A DNA stretch of 63,997 bases, filler included, from Perkinsus olseni (lineage: Eukaryota), in NCBI GenBank assembly GCA_013115125.1. It is 6 parts of 6 records of this genome, joined end to end, with 100 filler letters (N's around TTAATTAATTAA, not from the genome) between each part and the next. Parts side by side here need not be neighbours in the genome. Positions count along the whole stretch, not along the records: positions 55,016 to 63,997 come from JABANN010000937.1; 5 more parts are not named here. One strand, given 5' to 3'. The notes below the pieces were generated by a model. The model saw only the letters and a program-made list of their open reading frames with translations. It ran no database searches and was not told where the DNA came from. Of this stretch, positions 61,071 through 63,997 are shown piece after piece. Every line of letters starts with the position of its first letter. Positions within the stretch are counted from its first letter, which is position 1. A program made the translations under genes and the position numbers.

Positions 61071-63900
61071 TCAAGTGTGAGGGGTGTCACAGTTGGGATG
61101 AAGCCAGGAGCGGTGCTCCTCTTCAGATAGTTCGAATCGAGTGCCTGATGAAGGCTCATGAGGGCAGTAGCAGCAGCAGCTTACGTACGAGTTATCGCCA
61201 TTGGCATGATATGCATCCTCCATATGTCGAGGGGAAGTGGCCGACTGCTGAGGCCATATCGCCTCTGGCACGCCAACCGTCGTCCGACTCTCGCCAGTAG
61301 GACCCTGATAGATATCGTCAACGGCAAGATGCGTCGATCGATAGGCTCACGCAAACTTCCTCGCCTTGGAGTCGAACAGCCAGTGAGTTGTTGGTGACCA
61401 CACCTCTGCGGCCCTCCTTATCAACTCCAGTCTGTCGTCATCCTGCAAAAGACCCTTTGGCTAACTTAACTCTATTCCATTCATCCATTAGAGGGGGAGT
61501 GCCGAGGACCATACCTCCCTACCCAGCAGAAGCTCCTAGAAAAAGCTTTACTGTAGCGTGGCAGTACTTTATGCATGCTAAACATTGCGACTAGCAGAGG
61601 TCAGCATAGCACTGCACTGTCGATTGTATTCGTAAGATTAGATCAGCTTCAACGACGCACGACTACTATTGTGGTTGGATCCCGGCCCGTGGGAGCCTGT
61701 ATCGAGATACCCTACCAATGGTGTATCGACGCATTGCCGAGCTAACGAGAGTGAGCTCGGTCCAAGCAAGCCGCTGTGTGATATCGGTATCCTCGCCCGG
61801 ATGTCCGACTGCCTCGGGTCTGCCCCCCGCAGATGGGCCAAGACCTACAATTTATGCTACAAATACGATGACAACCGGTAGGGGTCTGCAGCAGCAGTAC
61901 TTGGTCGAACGTCAGGTCCCGTGCATAGTGGAGAGCGGTGAAGTATCCTCGAGTACTCTGGACCCACACGACGATATCCTCATTCCCGTTGAATCTGTCC
62001 AACGGTATTTTCAGGTACAGACCAATGATCCGTGATGAGCTAAGTTCTTCCCACCTCGCAGCCTCCACCATCATCTTATCATTCCGGTTTACCATACCTG
62101 TTTTCATCAGCGTTTGTAGCATGACCAGATTGCCCTCCACACACGCCCGTACCGCTGGGGAGCACGTCTGAGCCGAGACAGTTATCTCTCCCCTCAGCGG
62201 CGAGCCGACTCACTCGGTACGGAGTTCTGTTGACATCCGCGCCGTGCTGTATGAGGCATTCTACCACTCCCACATGCCCGTTCTCCACCGCGATGTACCT
62301 GCCCGCACCCATCCGAGCCCTCAGCTGAGAACACAGCCTACAGAGGGCTAGCTCCTCGAGAGTCGACCCGGTCGACCGTTGATTCATCGGCATCGGTGAC
62401 CTCCAGGAGCCAACGCACGAACTCGAGGTGGCCTCCGCCTAGGGAGACGACATGATCGCTGCGCTGAGCTGCCTTCCTTACATGATGCCACCCAAAGTGG
62501 GGTCATGCCGTTTGCTGCTGGTTCCGTCAACTGCGATCTGTCAACTCCCAATGATAAAACAAACCTACAATATTTATGCTACTCGTACGACTACAACCTG
62601 TCACGTACTCAGCCATTTTGAGATTGCCCGCCGAGGCTGCCAAGTAAAGTACACCGCGTCCGTCAGAGTCCTTCCCGTTGAGCGAAACCTTCCCGATGAA
62701 TTTCGCTAATGTCTGCACCTTCAGAGCCGACGTTCTCTCATACACTTCATAGCTGTGATCATCTGCACTGTCTACATACCAGAATTGAAGCGTTCTGCGT
62801 TGACTACTTCCATCATACTACCGTACCGTTTTCAACTGCAGCTCGACTGGAGAAGTCGAGTCTCCTCCCCCGAGACAGAGGAGACTCTACCTGCTCTTTA
62901 TCGTTCATTGAAAGCCCAATCTACATGCCTAATGTACTCATGTTGCGTTCTACTACTACATTCCCCACCGCAGACTCATTCTCACCATTTCGATATGGCC
63001 AAGGTGAGCTGCCAGGAGGAAGGGTCTCCAGGAGGTGGAGGTGAGAAGTCCCGGGATCTCATCGGTTGCCGCACTCCTCGATACCTCAACCACAACAGCC
63101 AGACCATTGTAGCTAGCCTAGAGGGGCTCGAGCCTCACTGCAGTCAGCCACCATCTGACTATCTCGACATTCCCAAACACCACCGCGAGAGCGAAGCCAG
63201 TGAAGCCTCCATCGTCGGCTATATCTGGGTCGCAGGATGCCCGATGAAAACTGACAGAAGCGTTGCAGCAGCCACACAGACCGAATCATCACACCTACAG
63301 GTCCTTCGCGATGTCGATGTTGTCCTTAGCACATGCCACGAGGAAGGCCGTCCGGCCACTGGAGTCCTGGGCATTCACGTTGCACCCCATCCTCGTCAGA
63401 ACTTGAACGCACTTTCGACCTGCCACGCCCCTCTCACTGCTACTGGCGAAGCACTCGGGAGGCCGCCCTGCTCTTACTGCTGTGTTTAGCGGCGAAAGTC
63501 AGTAGAGTCTCCCCCGACCGGTTTTTTGCATTCACTACCGCCGCAACCGCATCGCTACTGGACTGACACGAAGGGGGGGCCTTTTTAACGAACTCTCCAA
63601 TGAGGCTACCGAGGTGTCTGGCAGGTCACCGACCAACAACGATTGAAGTGTCTCGGCGTCGTCCTCCAGGACTGCTCGCCAGAGGGGATTGCCGCCAGTA
63701 GCGGCGTGTGATGGGCCCTTGAGACCCGGGGACGTCTGCGACCGTGCCTGAGTAACGGTGTACCGCTGACGACGTCGCAGGTAGATGATAGAGTTCCCTA
63801 CAGGAGGGACTCTCCCTCGGGCACCCGCATGATGGAGAGCCCGACGTATGGCGATGATGGTGTGACCTGAGTCCTCTGGGTTTATCACGGCGTTACCCAT
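61071..63900 (-). CDS. Ankyrin-repeat protein, multi-exon (3' end uncertain)
   Basis: NPLWRAVLEDDAETLQSLL, NVNAQDSSGRTAFLVAC, KDSDGRGVLYLAASAGNLKMAEY, IAVENGHVGVVECLIQHGADVN; start MGNAV. Confidence 0.75.
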
Positions 63901-63997
63901 ATTAACGGAGACATTAATCACAATCTACACCTTTTCCCGAGCAAATAAAATGTTTTTTCGTTTGATTTAAAAGGGCCTGGAAAACCGAAGTTTGTTT

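Overview
This window is eukaryotic, most likely Perkinsus (Alveolata): it has short GT-AG introns and a perfect 22-nt Perkinsus-type spliced leader at 7855-7876. It is not contiguous. Six contigs of about 11 kb are joined by artificial 100-bp spacers (N44-TTAATTAATTAA-N44). Host genes are three tandem intronless MFS transporters, a transglutaminase-like protein, an ER DnaJ-thioredoxin protein, a small mitochondrial membrane protein, a TBC Rab-GAP, a PTPS-III-type pterin enzyme, a tandem family of secreted proteins, an ankyrin protein and tRNA-Phe. The rest is mostly decayed transposons. Two things stand out. First, an AT-rich contig carries an uninterrupted 2745-codon Helitron-like ORF with OTU protease, HUH Rep, PIF1 helicase and a C-terminal GIY-YIG nuclease; next to it is a gene whose three introns share near-identical 5' ends at exact 170-bp spacing. 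Second, at least eight palindromic scars each resolve into an 8-bp duplication with both inner bases complemented, the hAT hairpin excision footprint. One of them frameshifts a hAT transposase, and a hAT MITE with an intact 8-bp TSD is also present. All calls come from reading the sequence by eye; no searches were run.
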